A stretch of 64,000 nt of DNA from Octopus vulgaris (Eukaryota), in contig OX597817.1 in NCBI GenBank assembly GCA_951406725.2, positions 111,042,001 to 111,106,000 on the forward strand, written 5' to 3'. Below the pieces are notes generated by a model. That model did no database searches and was not told the DNA's origin. It was given only the letters and a program-made list of their open reading frames with translations. The position numbers were made by a program, and so were the translations under genes. Positions within the stretch are counted from its first letter, which is position 1; every line of letters begins with the position of its first letter. Of this stretch, positions 1 through 10,611 are shown in pieces.

Positions 1-44
1 AACTCCTGCTAAGACTATTGGCTCCTTTGGTTATTAAGGCTTTT

Positions 45-51
45 CTCTCTG

Positions 52-111
<60 letters not shown>

Positions 112-131
112 CCTCTCTCCCCCCTCTCTCT
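45..131. repeat. (CT)n/(GA)n microsatellite
   Basis: Long nearly pure CT dinucleotide run; GAGA-type tract just upstream of a candidate 5' exon. Confidence 0.95.
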
Positions 132-687
132 GCCATCTTTTGTTTGTTCTGTACCTTTTAGTACCAACTCCTTTACTTTGGCTGTTGTTTACTGTTTGGC
201 TTCCTACCTGTCCTTAGGTACCCCACTCCCTAATCATCCATGAACTCTTGTTACTTTTTGTTTCTTTTCTTCTTGAGAGGTGGGATGTTCTTGGTATTTA
301 TTTTGTTTATTATTATTATTATTTTTTTTTACTTTCTCCTTGACCACCCAAAGGAGTAAGGGAGAGAGAGGTGATATTTTCTGAATTCTTTTTGGTGTAT
401 GCCTAAGGAATGAGTAAGATGGACAAAATATACACATATTACTGTTAGGAGGGGATAGGAGAGAAGAACAATAAAACAATGTTAGTTCATTTGTCTTCCT
501 GTGGAAAGTAGTGAAGATCTGAGACCTGACCTGCCAGGCTTTCAGTGTTCCAAGGTGACAGGGGTTCTTTATCAGAGGAAGAAATAAACTTTTTTTTCTC
601 AAGTAAGAGATTGTTAAAGTATTACTTCCTTCACTTGTGTCTAATCCTCATAGGATTATCTCAATTGTTTGTTAAAACTCAAATCAG
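132..687 (+). other. Candidate non-coding first (5'UTR) exon of a plus-strand host gene
   Basis: SINE-free, pyrimidine-tract-rich sequence ending in a good donor AATCAG|GTGAGA (GT at 688). No phase-0 ORF reaches the donor (TAA at 673-675). Start is arbitrary. Confidence 0.35.
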
Positions 688-3010
688 GTGAGAAATTCTA
701 AATCATTCTTGTTTATTTCTTTTAGTAGGTAAACATTAGCTTTATAACAAAATAGTATTCATGTTATCAGTTTTTTTCTCTCTTCGTTGCTTTTTTTAAC
801 CCTCCTTTTTAATTGCTAGTTTTATTCAAGTTGAAACCCATTACAAAAAAGCATCCCATTTAAGTTGACATGAACACACTGGTTAAGTATGATTGTTTTT
901 CAGATTTTATTTCTGTAGATCCATTCACATATGACTATAGAGACCAATATGGGATTCACAAGTCCAATCATAGACTAAGCATTTGTTGTCCCATGAGAAA
1001 ATGTGTTGGTTGCTTCATTCTACATTCATGTTTGTGTGGGCTGTCAGCGTTGGACTCCATCATATGTAATCTCTCTTCATTTGCATTATTTCCTAATGAT
1101 TTCCACTTACATGTATATATGTGCATGTGTGTTTATACATATGTGTAATGATGGTGATGTGTGTGTGTTCATACATGTTTACACATATTTGTATACCTAA
1201 TTATACACTTGTATATACATGCACATTCACACATGTATTTACAACTCATGTCAGCATGTAAACCTGCATTAACAATTACAGAAATGCAGATGAATTATAG
1301 TACCAATTAAATACTGTAGCAGTAGTAGTAGCAGCAGCAGTAATAGTTTTTTTTTAATAACCACTTTAATTTTATTAATTGTGCAGTACATAAAAGAATG
1401 ACATGAGTTTGAAGGACTATTACTTAATTTTAAGAAATGGAAGAAGCAGATGTGTATGTGTATATATATATATATATATATGGGTTTCTAGCACATATTT
1501 GCAGTATCAACAAGTGAATGTGGGATTATCACATGCTTACTCACTAATGCATATAACTGTATACAAAATATTTATGCAGATGTATGGGAATGTCACCTTA
1601 TCTCACTTGTGGCAGTATGAAAAATGAACATTAAAGAAAGTTAGAAAACACTTTCATCTTTGTAGGAAAGAGTCAGGAGGTGGTGGGTTCAAATTGTTTC
1701 CAGAATTACAGATGATTAGATCACTTAAAATATAAGTTTTTTCCTATTCAATTTCTTTGGCTTAACATTCCAGAAGCAGGAAAATTTGGTTTTAGTATTT
1801 GTTACTTGATATTATCATCATATGTATTGCTTTCAAATTCATTACCTTAAGCTGGAATAGATAGATTTGTTCAAGTTTATAATACAGCTTATAATACAGC
1901 AACTTTTTAGCAGTTTGTATCACTTTTTTCTGAATCACACATATCTAAAATAGTGCAATTTTCTTCCCTGTACAAATTACCCAATCGTTTTCATTATCAT
2001 TTGTTATTTTCATTCCCCGGAGCACACTCAGCCTTCTTTTGAGTTAACATTTTATTTGAAATAGACCCCACTTAGCTCATTACTCTGCAGTTATTTTAAA
2101 TTCTTTGTAATTTGTCACTGGAGTTTTAGATTATATGCATTACAATATTTATTTTGGCTCTGTGATCTGAGATTGAATCCTGCCAAGATCATCATTGCTT
2201 TCCATTCATTTGAAGTTGATAAAAAACAGAATCAATTTAAGGTGGTAGATTAATGGGATTGTAAGAATTCTAGACTTGATACCGTGTGGTGTTTGTTTCA
2301 GCTCATTGTGTTCTAAGTTAAAATCTTGCCATGGCTTACATGGGTGGTACACTTAATCACTCCCCCATTTTAACACCCCCCCCCCCACCACCAAGCATCT
2401 AAGGTACTTTTAATAGAATCCATTCTGTTGCAAGCATTTGGACTAGGTCACTGGATTGAGGATATTTTCCTTGTTTCTCTCACAAGTCTTGGAGGCACTA
2501 AAAATACTTCCTTCCCTTCTGACTGAAAGGTAATAAAAGTCACCACACACATTCTCAATGTCATTATTTAGTGAGTTTTCTGCTAAATAGCTAGTATTAA
2601 TTTTTTTCGTGGAAAAATCTGTACTTGATCTGAAAAATGTAGGTTAAAATATATTTTTGTATTCTGAAAATGTCATTTTTGAAAATTATTACATCATTAT
2701 ATTTGAATAGATATTGTTACATCAATTATGATTGCATGGTTTGATGTTTGAGCTAATGTAAAATGTGCATAATTTACATAATACTTAACATTCAATACTG
2801 CTGACAAGGTTGAATATCTGGTACAAAGACTATAAATTTAACACTTAGGTAACCTTCTCCACATATACACATACACTGGAATCATCTCCAGCTGATATGC
2901 TATTTATACATACATTGTTTATTCATTTCAATACTATTTATTTTTCATATTTTCTTTTATAATAATTGCATATAGCTTTTATCATTATAATGGTCAATGC
3001 ACATGCACAC

Positions 3011-3012
<2 letters not shown>

Positions 3013-3060
<48 letters not shown>
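3013..3060. repeat. (CA)n microsatellite
   Basis: Pure AC run; source of the spurious poly-HT ORF 2966-3196. Confidence 0.95.
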
Positions 3061-3062
<2 letters not shown>

Positions 3063-3360
3063 TTTTGGCTTTTGTGCTGCTCCGATTTGACAAATTCATT
3101 ATTTTCACCTTTCACAAATCTCAAATATCCTTTGGATCCGTACATTGTGTAGTGGTAGATAAATGGATGAAAAACAAATCTCTCTCAAGGTGCTAACCTA
3201 TCACAAATAACATTTATCTATTCTCTAATCAACTTAGTCTGTGCCATGTAAACTATGGTTTTTCTGCCTGGAGGCATAAAGAAATGCTAGCAAAGAATGT
3301 GAATATTTGTTGGTAGTCCAATACCTTATTCACTGGGTTCAACTGTTGTAAGCTACTATA

Positions 3361-3715
3361 TTGTTGTTTAGCCCCCTGTCAATCCTGGTCATTAAAATCA
3401 GTGACTACATTGTCCAATGTGTTAATTTTTGCTAAGATGGTAGGGTGATTTGGCTGGTTGTTTGTGTTCACATCTCCTTCATCAGCTTGTTACTCAAAGT
3501 ATCATTATCGTTTAACTTCAAGACAGTCAGCCTTGACTTGACTGATGTGATCAGAGAGCATCCCAGCCATGACCATCCTGTCATTTTCTTATAAGTAGAG
3601 AACCTTGAACCTCATTATCCAAAGTCCTTTTCTAAAATGAAGAGTAGAATTTGAGCAAATTTGACTGTTATTTCTACCAGGTCAAACTGTCACATAGAGG
3701 TTCCTTCATTGGTTC
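3361..3715 (-). mobile_element. Old abundant SINE-like family with (CAA)n tail; two partial copies
   Basis: Motifs ttgttgtttagcccc...cagccatgaccatc...tgttatttctaccaggtc...tagaggttccttcattgg. Related copies at about 22005-22215, 25270-25420, 25970-26195, 26470-26645, 30110-30300, 30660-31040, 33000-33370, 34620-34815, 39540-39720, 40800-40980, 44380-44560, 55210-55650, 59030-59200 and 61190-61390. Confidence 0.7.
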
Positions 3716-3850
3716 CTACAAAATGCATAAAATCTTCTGGTGACAATCACTATTATTCATCAGAGTTAAGTGGAGAAGTTTGGTTTGCTTGAAAGTTATA
3801 TAAACTTATTATATATTGAATATGGTTTTTCTTTTATAGTAGACGAGACA

Positions 3851-3930
3851 CAAGGGTGTCCATAAATTATCTTTACAACTTCCACGTTTATGAACTTCAA
3901 ATTGTAGAAGTAATTTATTGCCCCCTCCTC
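3851..3930. mobile_element. Tiny Tc1/mariner-type MITE relic
   Basis: agggtgtccataaattatctttacaa (3853-3878) pairs imperfectly with ttgtagaagtaatttattgccccct (3902-3926). Ends resemble CAGGGTGTCC-type Tc1/mariner TIRs. Confidence 0.55.
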
Positions 3931-4914
3931 TGTTTTGAGAAAAAATGTTCATAGCAAGGTAAGATTAGTTGAATACATGAGAAACCTTAATTATTACCAA
4001 TTTTATCTTGTGTTGTCATTGGTCAACATACAAACTCACTTCTTTTTATAAGTATATAGACATTTGTTGAATACATCTCATTTTATATAACATATGTGTG
4101 TTAAATATGTCTGTAAGAAACTAAGAGTGCTATGTAAAACATGCCATACAAATTCGAAACCTTCACCCCCACCTCTTTCTTACTAAATAAATAACATGAA
4201 TTTTGGAACTCCATTCTTTTTGAGGAAAAGCACATTGGGGAGAAGTTGTTAAAATTAAGAATAGTAAGTCTCGTGTACTAAAACAATTTGTTTTCTTTGT
4301 GTTGTCAAATCCACTATCCTTCACTCGCTGCTCTTGTGGAAACAGAAATATTTTCTTTAGTTTTTTTTTCCCTCCCCTTAAATTTTTCTCATCAGCTGCA
4401 ATAGAAAAGAAAATTCCCCATTTGACAAGAAAATCCAATACAAACTGTAAATTATTCTACTATGTATATGGTCCATTTATTTTTCAGGAAGAAATAAAAA
4501 TTCAAAAAGGGTTAGGTTTTTTTCCTCTTCTTTTTCCTTTTTCCTGTTCTATTGTTTTAGTGAATTTGCAGTCATAGTATTTCTGCTTCTCTTAGTCTTT
4601 CTTTCTGCCTTCTTTAACAAGGAATACTTTGGAGGTGATTTTTTTTACTTATTTATATTTGTTTTTGTTTAATTTATTTATGTTTTTTTTTTTTTAGGTT
4701 GGGGTTTAAATTCATGTCTAAAGGTTTTTTTAAAATTTTGTATAAGTATTGGTATCGCTGTATAGTTAAAAAGCTCACTTCACAACCATGTGGTTCTGAT
4801 TTCAATGCTACTGCAAGAAATCATGGCCTCATATCTTTTAGTGTAGCCTCAGGTTGACCAATGCTTTCTCAGTAGAATTTTGTGGATAAGTAGAAACGTG
4901 TTGTGTGTGTGTGT

Positions 4915-5157
4915 GAAGGTGCATAGCTTAGTGGTCAGAGTATTTGGCTCATGATCATAAGGTTGTGAGTTTGATACTTGGTAGCACATTGTGTCCTTGA
5001 GCGAGACTCTTTATTTCATATTGCTCCAGACTACTCAGTTGGCAAATATTGGTTGTACCTGTATTGCAAAGATCTAGACTTTTCACATTCTGTTTCACGG
5101 AACCTCTCTGAGTACTTTCTAAAGGGAGCGCCTGTCTGAGAAATACTCAGCCACTAG
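4915..5157 (+). mobile_element. tRNA-derived SINE, 3'-interrupted
   Basis: A-box tagcttagtggtcag, B-box-like gagtttgatac, body tgtgtccttgagc...ttgctccag. Related to copies at 15831, 52330 and 59785. Breaks off at actcagccact, just before the foldback region. Confidence 0.75.
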
Positions 5158-5395
5158 CGGTTGGAATAACTATCTAAGGGATAAGAATATACTTTATCAC
5201 TACCAGTATAAATTACTTCTGTTAACCCTGGGCATGGATATGCAAGCATAATATGCTCATAGGATATAGGTAATAACAAAATAAACAAGAGTTTATCAGG
5301 AATCAAATTTAAAATAAGCAGAAAATGGAGAAAACTTCTGATCAACAAACAAACTGACTACTATAGGTTATTATTTTTTAACACTAAACTTTAAC

Positions 5396-5516
5396 ATTGC
5401 TAACAGCTATTTCTACTAACTATGTCAGTTGGTGCTGCCAAAGAAAATTATGAGAATAATATTCGTCATCTTTTATAGCACATCTGATCTGGTACATGGA
5501 GCTTCATCAGGGTGAC
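5396..5516 (-). ncRNA. Degenerate type I hammerhead ribozyme motif (left arm copy)
   Basis: Minus strand reads gtcacc-CTGATGA-agctcc...gttagta-GAAA-tagctg-TT-agcaat; more decayed than the right copy. Confidence 0.55.
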
Positions 5517-6231
5517 TACAAATACATAAAATAAAGAAAGAAAAGAGAAAAGAACAGGGCCTCGAGATGAAAGAAGGCTTAATAAATTAGAATCATACCA
5601 TTTTGCAGTGTGAAGCTTGAAGTCAATGAGCAAATGAATAAACCAGAAAAATAATTGGTCGGTTAATCTTTTTTTAGGGGTACCGGGGTGTATAAATAAT
5701 AAGAAAATAAAACTAGTACTTAAGTATAACTGGAATCGCCAGTAAGTCTAGAAAAAGAATAGTACTTATGATTTCGTAAATAGTGATAATTAATATTTAA
5801 CCAAAAACATACCCATAAAGTTGTTACTTCATGGGTATCTTGGCCTTTGGTCAATTCCATTATGGACAACAGGTGGTTGGTCCCTAGAATATATCAGTAA
5901 GTACACTATTGTAACATCTTTATGGGTATGTTTTTGGATAAATATTAATTAGCACTATTTATGAAATTATAAGTACTATTCTTTTTCTAGATCTATTGGC
6001 GATTCCAGTTATACTTAAGTACTAGTTTTATTTTCTTATTATTTATACACCCCAGTACCCCTAAAGAAAGATTAACCCACTAATTATTTTTCTAGTTTAT
6101 TCATTTGCTCATCGACTTCAAGCTTTACACTGCAAAATGGTAGGATTCTAATTTATTAAGCCTTCTTTCCTCATCTCGGGGCCCTGCTCTTTCCTCTTCT
6201 CTCTTCTCTTCTTTTATTTTATGCATTTGTA

Positions 6232-6352
6232 GTCACTCTGATGAAGCTACATGTATCAGATCAGTTGTGCTATAAAAGATGACGAATATTATTCTCATAA
6301 TTTTCTTTGGCAGCATCAACTGACATAGGTAGCAGAAACAGCTGTTAGCAAT
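6232..6352 (+). ncRNA. Type I hammerhead ribozyme motif with extended stem II (Penelope-type)
   Basis: gtcact-CTGATGA(6238-6244)-a-gctac...gtagc-a-GAAA(6335-6338)-palindromic cagctg-TT-agcaat. Stem II is extended by atgt/acat, tcagttg/caactga and tgc/gca. Predicted cleavage triplet GUU at 6344-6346. Confidence 0.7.
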
Positions 6353-6449
6353 GTTAAAGTTTTGTATCAAAAAATAATAACCTATGGTAGTCAGTTTGTT
6401 TGTTGATCAAATGTTTTCTCCATTTTCTGCTTATTTGATATATATATAT

Positions 6450-6578
6450 ATCTGTAAATATAATATGTGACAATTATTCTGTAGCCATGATATGTCACAT
6501 ATATTTACAGATAAATTCCTCTATTTACGTAATATCGAGGTCTCTTTCATTCTTTTGTGTCTTACCATTTCTATCAAT
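6450..6578. mobile_element. Short inverted fragment of a second (TA)n-embedded repeat (possibly Penelope-type)
   Basis: atctgtaaatataatatgtgaca (6450-6472) is inverted against tgtcacatatatttacagat (6493-6512), with (TA)n on both sides. Confidence 0.5.
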
Positions 6579-7439
6579 ATGTATATATATATATATATAT
6601 AATGTACTACTGTTCCATGATGGTAAGATGGCCAAAAAAGTATTCCATCTGATTAGAGATAGATATATATTATGATTTCACTTAGGTATAGTGATGCTAA
6701 TCACCAGTTGTTAGAACTCAATGTAAATATATTTTAGAATAAAGTATAATTTATGTGGAGTAACTTTACATTAAGGAATGGGATGTACAATTTCCTGTAA
6801 TTCAGACTGCCTCATGGTTCCAGTAGACACAATGGAAATGCTGTTTAATGTCCGCCTTTCATGCTGTCATATATATATATATATATATACATACTGTTTT
6901 TAGTCAGACAAAATACTTCATGGGTATTAGTGATATCTTGTACATTCTAAGTTTAAACACAACTAGTGTTTACTTTGCCTTTCATTGCTCTTAGGTTAAT
7001 AAAACAAGTACCTGTCAAATAGTGCTATAGTATTTCATTTGATTAGATACACCTTTCTAGAAACTTGTGACCTCACCTGATCAAAACAAATCAAATTATC
7101 ATAATTCTAAAGAAATTCACAAGTTATTTTAATATATGTTGAACATGAATGTTGATTGAAAATTATGAAAGTATGTATAGGGGGTTACTATAAACGTTTC
7201 TATTGGCTATCTAGAAATAGTTTTATTGTACAGGTTATTATGATATTTGAGGTTCTGTTTGCTGTGTGTGTGTGTAATCAATATTTTTATGGGCTAATTG
7301 TATTGTAGGAAGTTAACTCATAACAATCTATATTTGCATATCACAGTTTCAATTCTCATTTGTAGCAAATTCATTCTTCTTGTAATATTGTGCTAAAGAA
7401 AGGCATGAACATGATATAATTTTCTGTTTGTTCATATAT

Positions 7440-7882
7440 TCATTTACTGGTTTCTGTCATTGAACAGTGGTTATCCTGGAGTGACCCACTTCAAGTGTTT
7501 TACTGATCATTTTGGCCCTAGTAATTACCCTAGTTTGATACTTATTTTATCGATTCCTGTTTGCTGAATAGTTAAGCTACATTTTAGACATAAAGGGCCA
7601 CAATTCAACACATCAGTTTACAATGATAAAATGCTAAGCATAAACATTGACATGAATACTGTCATTTGCACACATGTGCATGTGCATGCATGCATGCACA
7701 CACACACACACACACTCACAAATACAGGCTTCAACACAATTTCTGTCTTTCTAATAGCACTCACAAAGCATTAGTCAACCCAAGGCTATAATAGAAGATG
7801 CTTATCTAAGGTGCCATGCAGTGGGATTGAACCCAGAGCAATGTGGTTCTGAAGCAAACTTCTTAACCACGCACACAGCCAT
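7440..7882 (-). mobile_element. tRNA-derived SINE with internal (CA)n
   Basis: Minus strand ggctgtgtgcgtggttaagaagtttgctt...gggttcaatcccactgcatggcacctt. Family also at 4750-4900(+), 17110-17455(-), 22850-23000(+), 24770-25155(-), 28290-28460(+), 28885-29258(-), 53615-53770(-) and 54340-54490(-). Confidence 0.8.
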
Positions 7883-8170
7883 TCAAAAAATTGTTTTCTT
7901 TTTTAAATCAGATTAGTAGAAAAGGGTTCATTTTCTGTTTTTTTTTTTTTAAGGCAGTTTAATACAAAGACAAAAACAAGAAAGTATTATTTTATTATTT
8001 AAATAAAAGCCCTATACTATTTAAGATTCCGGAAATAATAACTTTCTCTCATTTACATGAAATCTCAGCTTGATGCATAAGAAAGTAGTGTCAAGATAAT
8101 GGCTAAAGCAAGAGACATCTTATTTAGTCATTCATTTTATTCTATGATTATTTTCATTTTCAAGAAGGTT

Positions 8171-8192
8171 CACGTGTCTAATAAATCACGTG
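8171..8192. promoter_or_regulatory. Tandem canonical E-boxes (CACGTG x2)
   Basis: CACGTG at 8171-8176 and 8187-8192 in unique, CpG-poor intronic DNA; function not demonstrated. Confidence 0.3.
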
Positions 8193-8934
8193 GTTTATGT
8201 TTATGACAGGTTTATATAAAAATCAAAGTTTATTCATATATTCTTGTCAAGCGACTCTATTACCCATAATGAAGAGGTGGTGCAAATGTACTAAATGGAG
8301 ATTATGTTCACATAAAGTGACTACACCACAAAGAAGGCTTGCACATAATTGCCATGCCTAATGTTGTGACTTTTGTCTATTTTTCAAGTCTGAGATTATT
8401 AAATGGCTTTATGTTAATCTTTTAACTTGTGTGTTATCCGTATGTGTAATATGTTAATAGAAGTAACTGTTTTATAATCGTTACAGTATTTTAAAAAATA
8501 CATCTAGACCTGTTAGAAAACTATTTGCTTTGTGATTATTGGATTATTTTCATGATTAAATTTTGATAGTTCCTGGTGGCTTTTTTTTCTCTTCAGTTAT
8601 TTCAAATTAATCCTTAGGTCTTAAGTCAATTTTGATAGTTTATGCACTTGATGATTAATATATAAAAAATTAAGGTGTTCTGAAGATATTCGATGCAAGC
8701 TTAGGCTTTCAGCTATGATTGGCATGCAAATCTCTTGGTAAAACTGTCTCTCTATGAGTTTCTTTTATCTTTTATCTCTTGGATAGCAGGCTTTCTGTCA
8801 GATTGCATCATTGCAGCAGGTGCTGGTGAAGATCTCTTGGACACCTCATATTCTTTTAACTTTGCTCCAAGGTTTGGTTTTTTTTCTCCTATATGAGAGT
8901 GATATATTTGCTTTCACTTCCAACAGTGTCTACT

Positions 8935-9790
8935 TCTATGTAGATGGTACCATTCTTCATTCCTCCTTAACCTTATGCATCTGAAAATCATCCACATGTA
9001 GCTTAGTCACTGCAAATCAAATCTGCATTGACTACTCATAGAGTGAACTCATTGACTACTACATAAAGTGAACTCAGAAGCATCATACTATGTGGTCATA
9101 CCAATCTTACCTCCTTTCAACAGCATAAAAACACACTCACTTTATACAGTGAGAAAACATTATTGCACCCCATCTCACCCACTAAACATATACAGTACAC
9201 AACTAGAACTCTCATGAGCACATAAATGCTTGGCCTCACAATCTCTAAGGATCTTTCCTAGCAAATGAATGCCCTAACATAGTTAATCACAACTGTATCA
9301 CCAAGACTTGCTTTCCTCTTCAGGGTCAGAAAATGCTACTACTTGCTACAAGTTCCAGATAAAATTCACAAAGTACTCATCCCACCTCTAGGATATGCTG
9401 CTACATAGTCACAGATGTGTTAAACTATATTGAAAAAAAAGCAGCTCAGCTGATTGCATGAAGTTACTCACCAATACAGTTCAATGTTTGACCAACAGTC
9501 CTTCTGTATCCTCTTTTTTACTATTTCTGTCATTACTGCAGTGGCCTCTTCTCCATGGATCTGGTTGATCTCATGCCACCTCCAATTTTATTACATATAT
9601 TATGTCCATATCTCAGGTCCCACACTAACAACCACTATTTCCAAACCTTTCTCCCCAGAAAGTTGCTCCTTTGGAGTTTCATCCTTCTGTACATCCTCTC
9701 ACTGCTAACTTGCAGTTGCCTGAGAGGAACATTAACCATATCATTCTCATGGATCTTGAAAGGCTTATAAAAACTCTGAGTACAGCCCTA
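8935..9790 (+). mobile_element. Highly degraded CR1/L2-group LINE RT C-terminal fragment
   Basis: Stitched frames give YFCHYCSGLFSMDLVDLMPPP...YFQTFLPR, resembling the FYRYY.G.CS.EL..L.PP...SF.PRT thumb region. Contains a ~24-bp local duplication at 9026-9074. Confidence 0.55.
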
Positions 9791-10385
9791 TCCTTTGGAT
9801 TAGACCAATAATATTAAAAAAATAGAAATGAATGTAATTGAGTTTAAAAAGACTACATGAGAACATTTCACTAGAATCCTCCTTTTGCTCTTGTCTCTTT
9901 CCATTGCAATACAAATATAGTAACAGTTGTGACTGGACTAGTGTGGAAGATTAAAAATAGACAGACAAGTAATGTATAATTAATCAGGTAGAGTTCAGAA
10001 CTGTTGTTATAGCTTTAAATATAATAGAAAATATACTATCACAGTCTAATCACATTAAGTAATATCAGTTTTGGTATCTTGTAAAATTTGAAGATAAAAA
10101 GAAGGAAAATGGAAAGATAAAATTATATATATCTGATTAAAAATTTTTTTGAAATTTTTATGCAATTAGTTTCTCTGAGAATTGCGTTAATTACACACAT
10201 TATGAAAATGAACTATATAAAACATTACCACATGTATTGGTAAAGTACTGGTAACTGTCATTTGGAAATGTATGACTACTTAATTTACTTTCCATTGAAA
10301 GTTGACTACCTAGTCTGTATCATTGATGCCATTTCTCATCAATGCTGTTGTTTCTCTTATTAAAACAACCATTCACGAGTATACT

Positions 10386-10611
10386 ATCTCTTTACTACCC
10401 ACAAGGGGCTAAACACAGAGAGGACAAACAAGGACAGACAAACGGATTAAGTCAATTATATCGACCCCAGTGCGTAACTGGTACTTATTTAATCGACCCT
10501 GAAAGGATGAAAGGCAAAGTCGACCTCGGCGAAATTTGAACTCAGAGCGTAGCAGCAGACGAAATACCACTAAGCATTTCGCCCGGCGTGCTAACGTTTC
10601 TGCCAGCTCGC
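10386..10611 (-). mobile_element. Young full-length tRNA-derived SINE with TSD
   Basis: CpG-rich copy: gcgagctggcagaaacgttagcacgccgggcg...gagttcaaatttcgccgaggtcgactttgcctttcatcc. Flanked by direct repeat CGAGTATACT at 10376-10385 and 10612-10621. Confidence 0.9.

Larger units (their letters stand above)
5312..6436. mobile_element. Long inverted repeat (foldback), probable inverted Penelope-like element pseudo-LTR pair
   Basis: Left arm 5312-5827 is the reverse complement of right arm 5911-6436 (13 mismatches in the 187 bp aligned by hand), with an 83-nt spacer. Each arm holds a hammerhead motif, and the right end abuts (TA)n. Confidence 0.85.
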
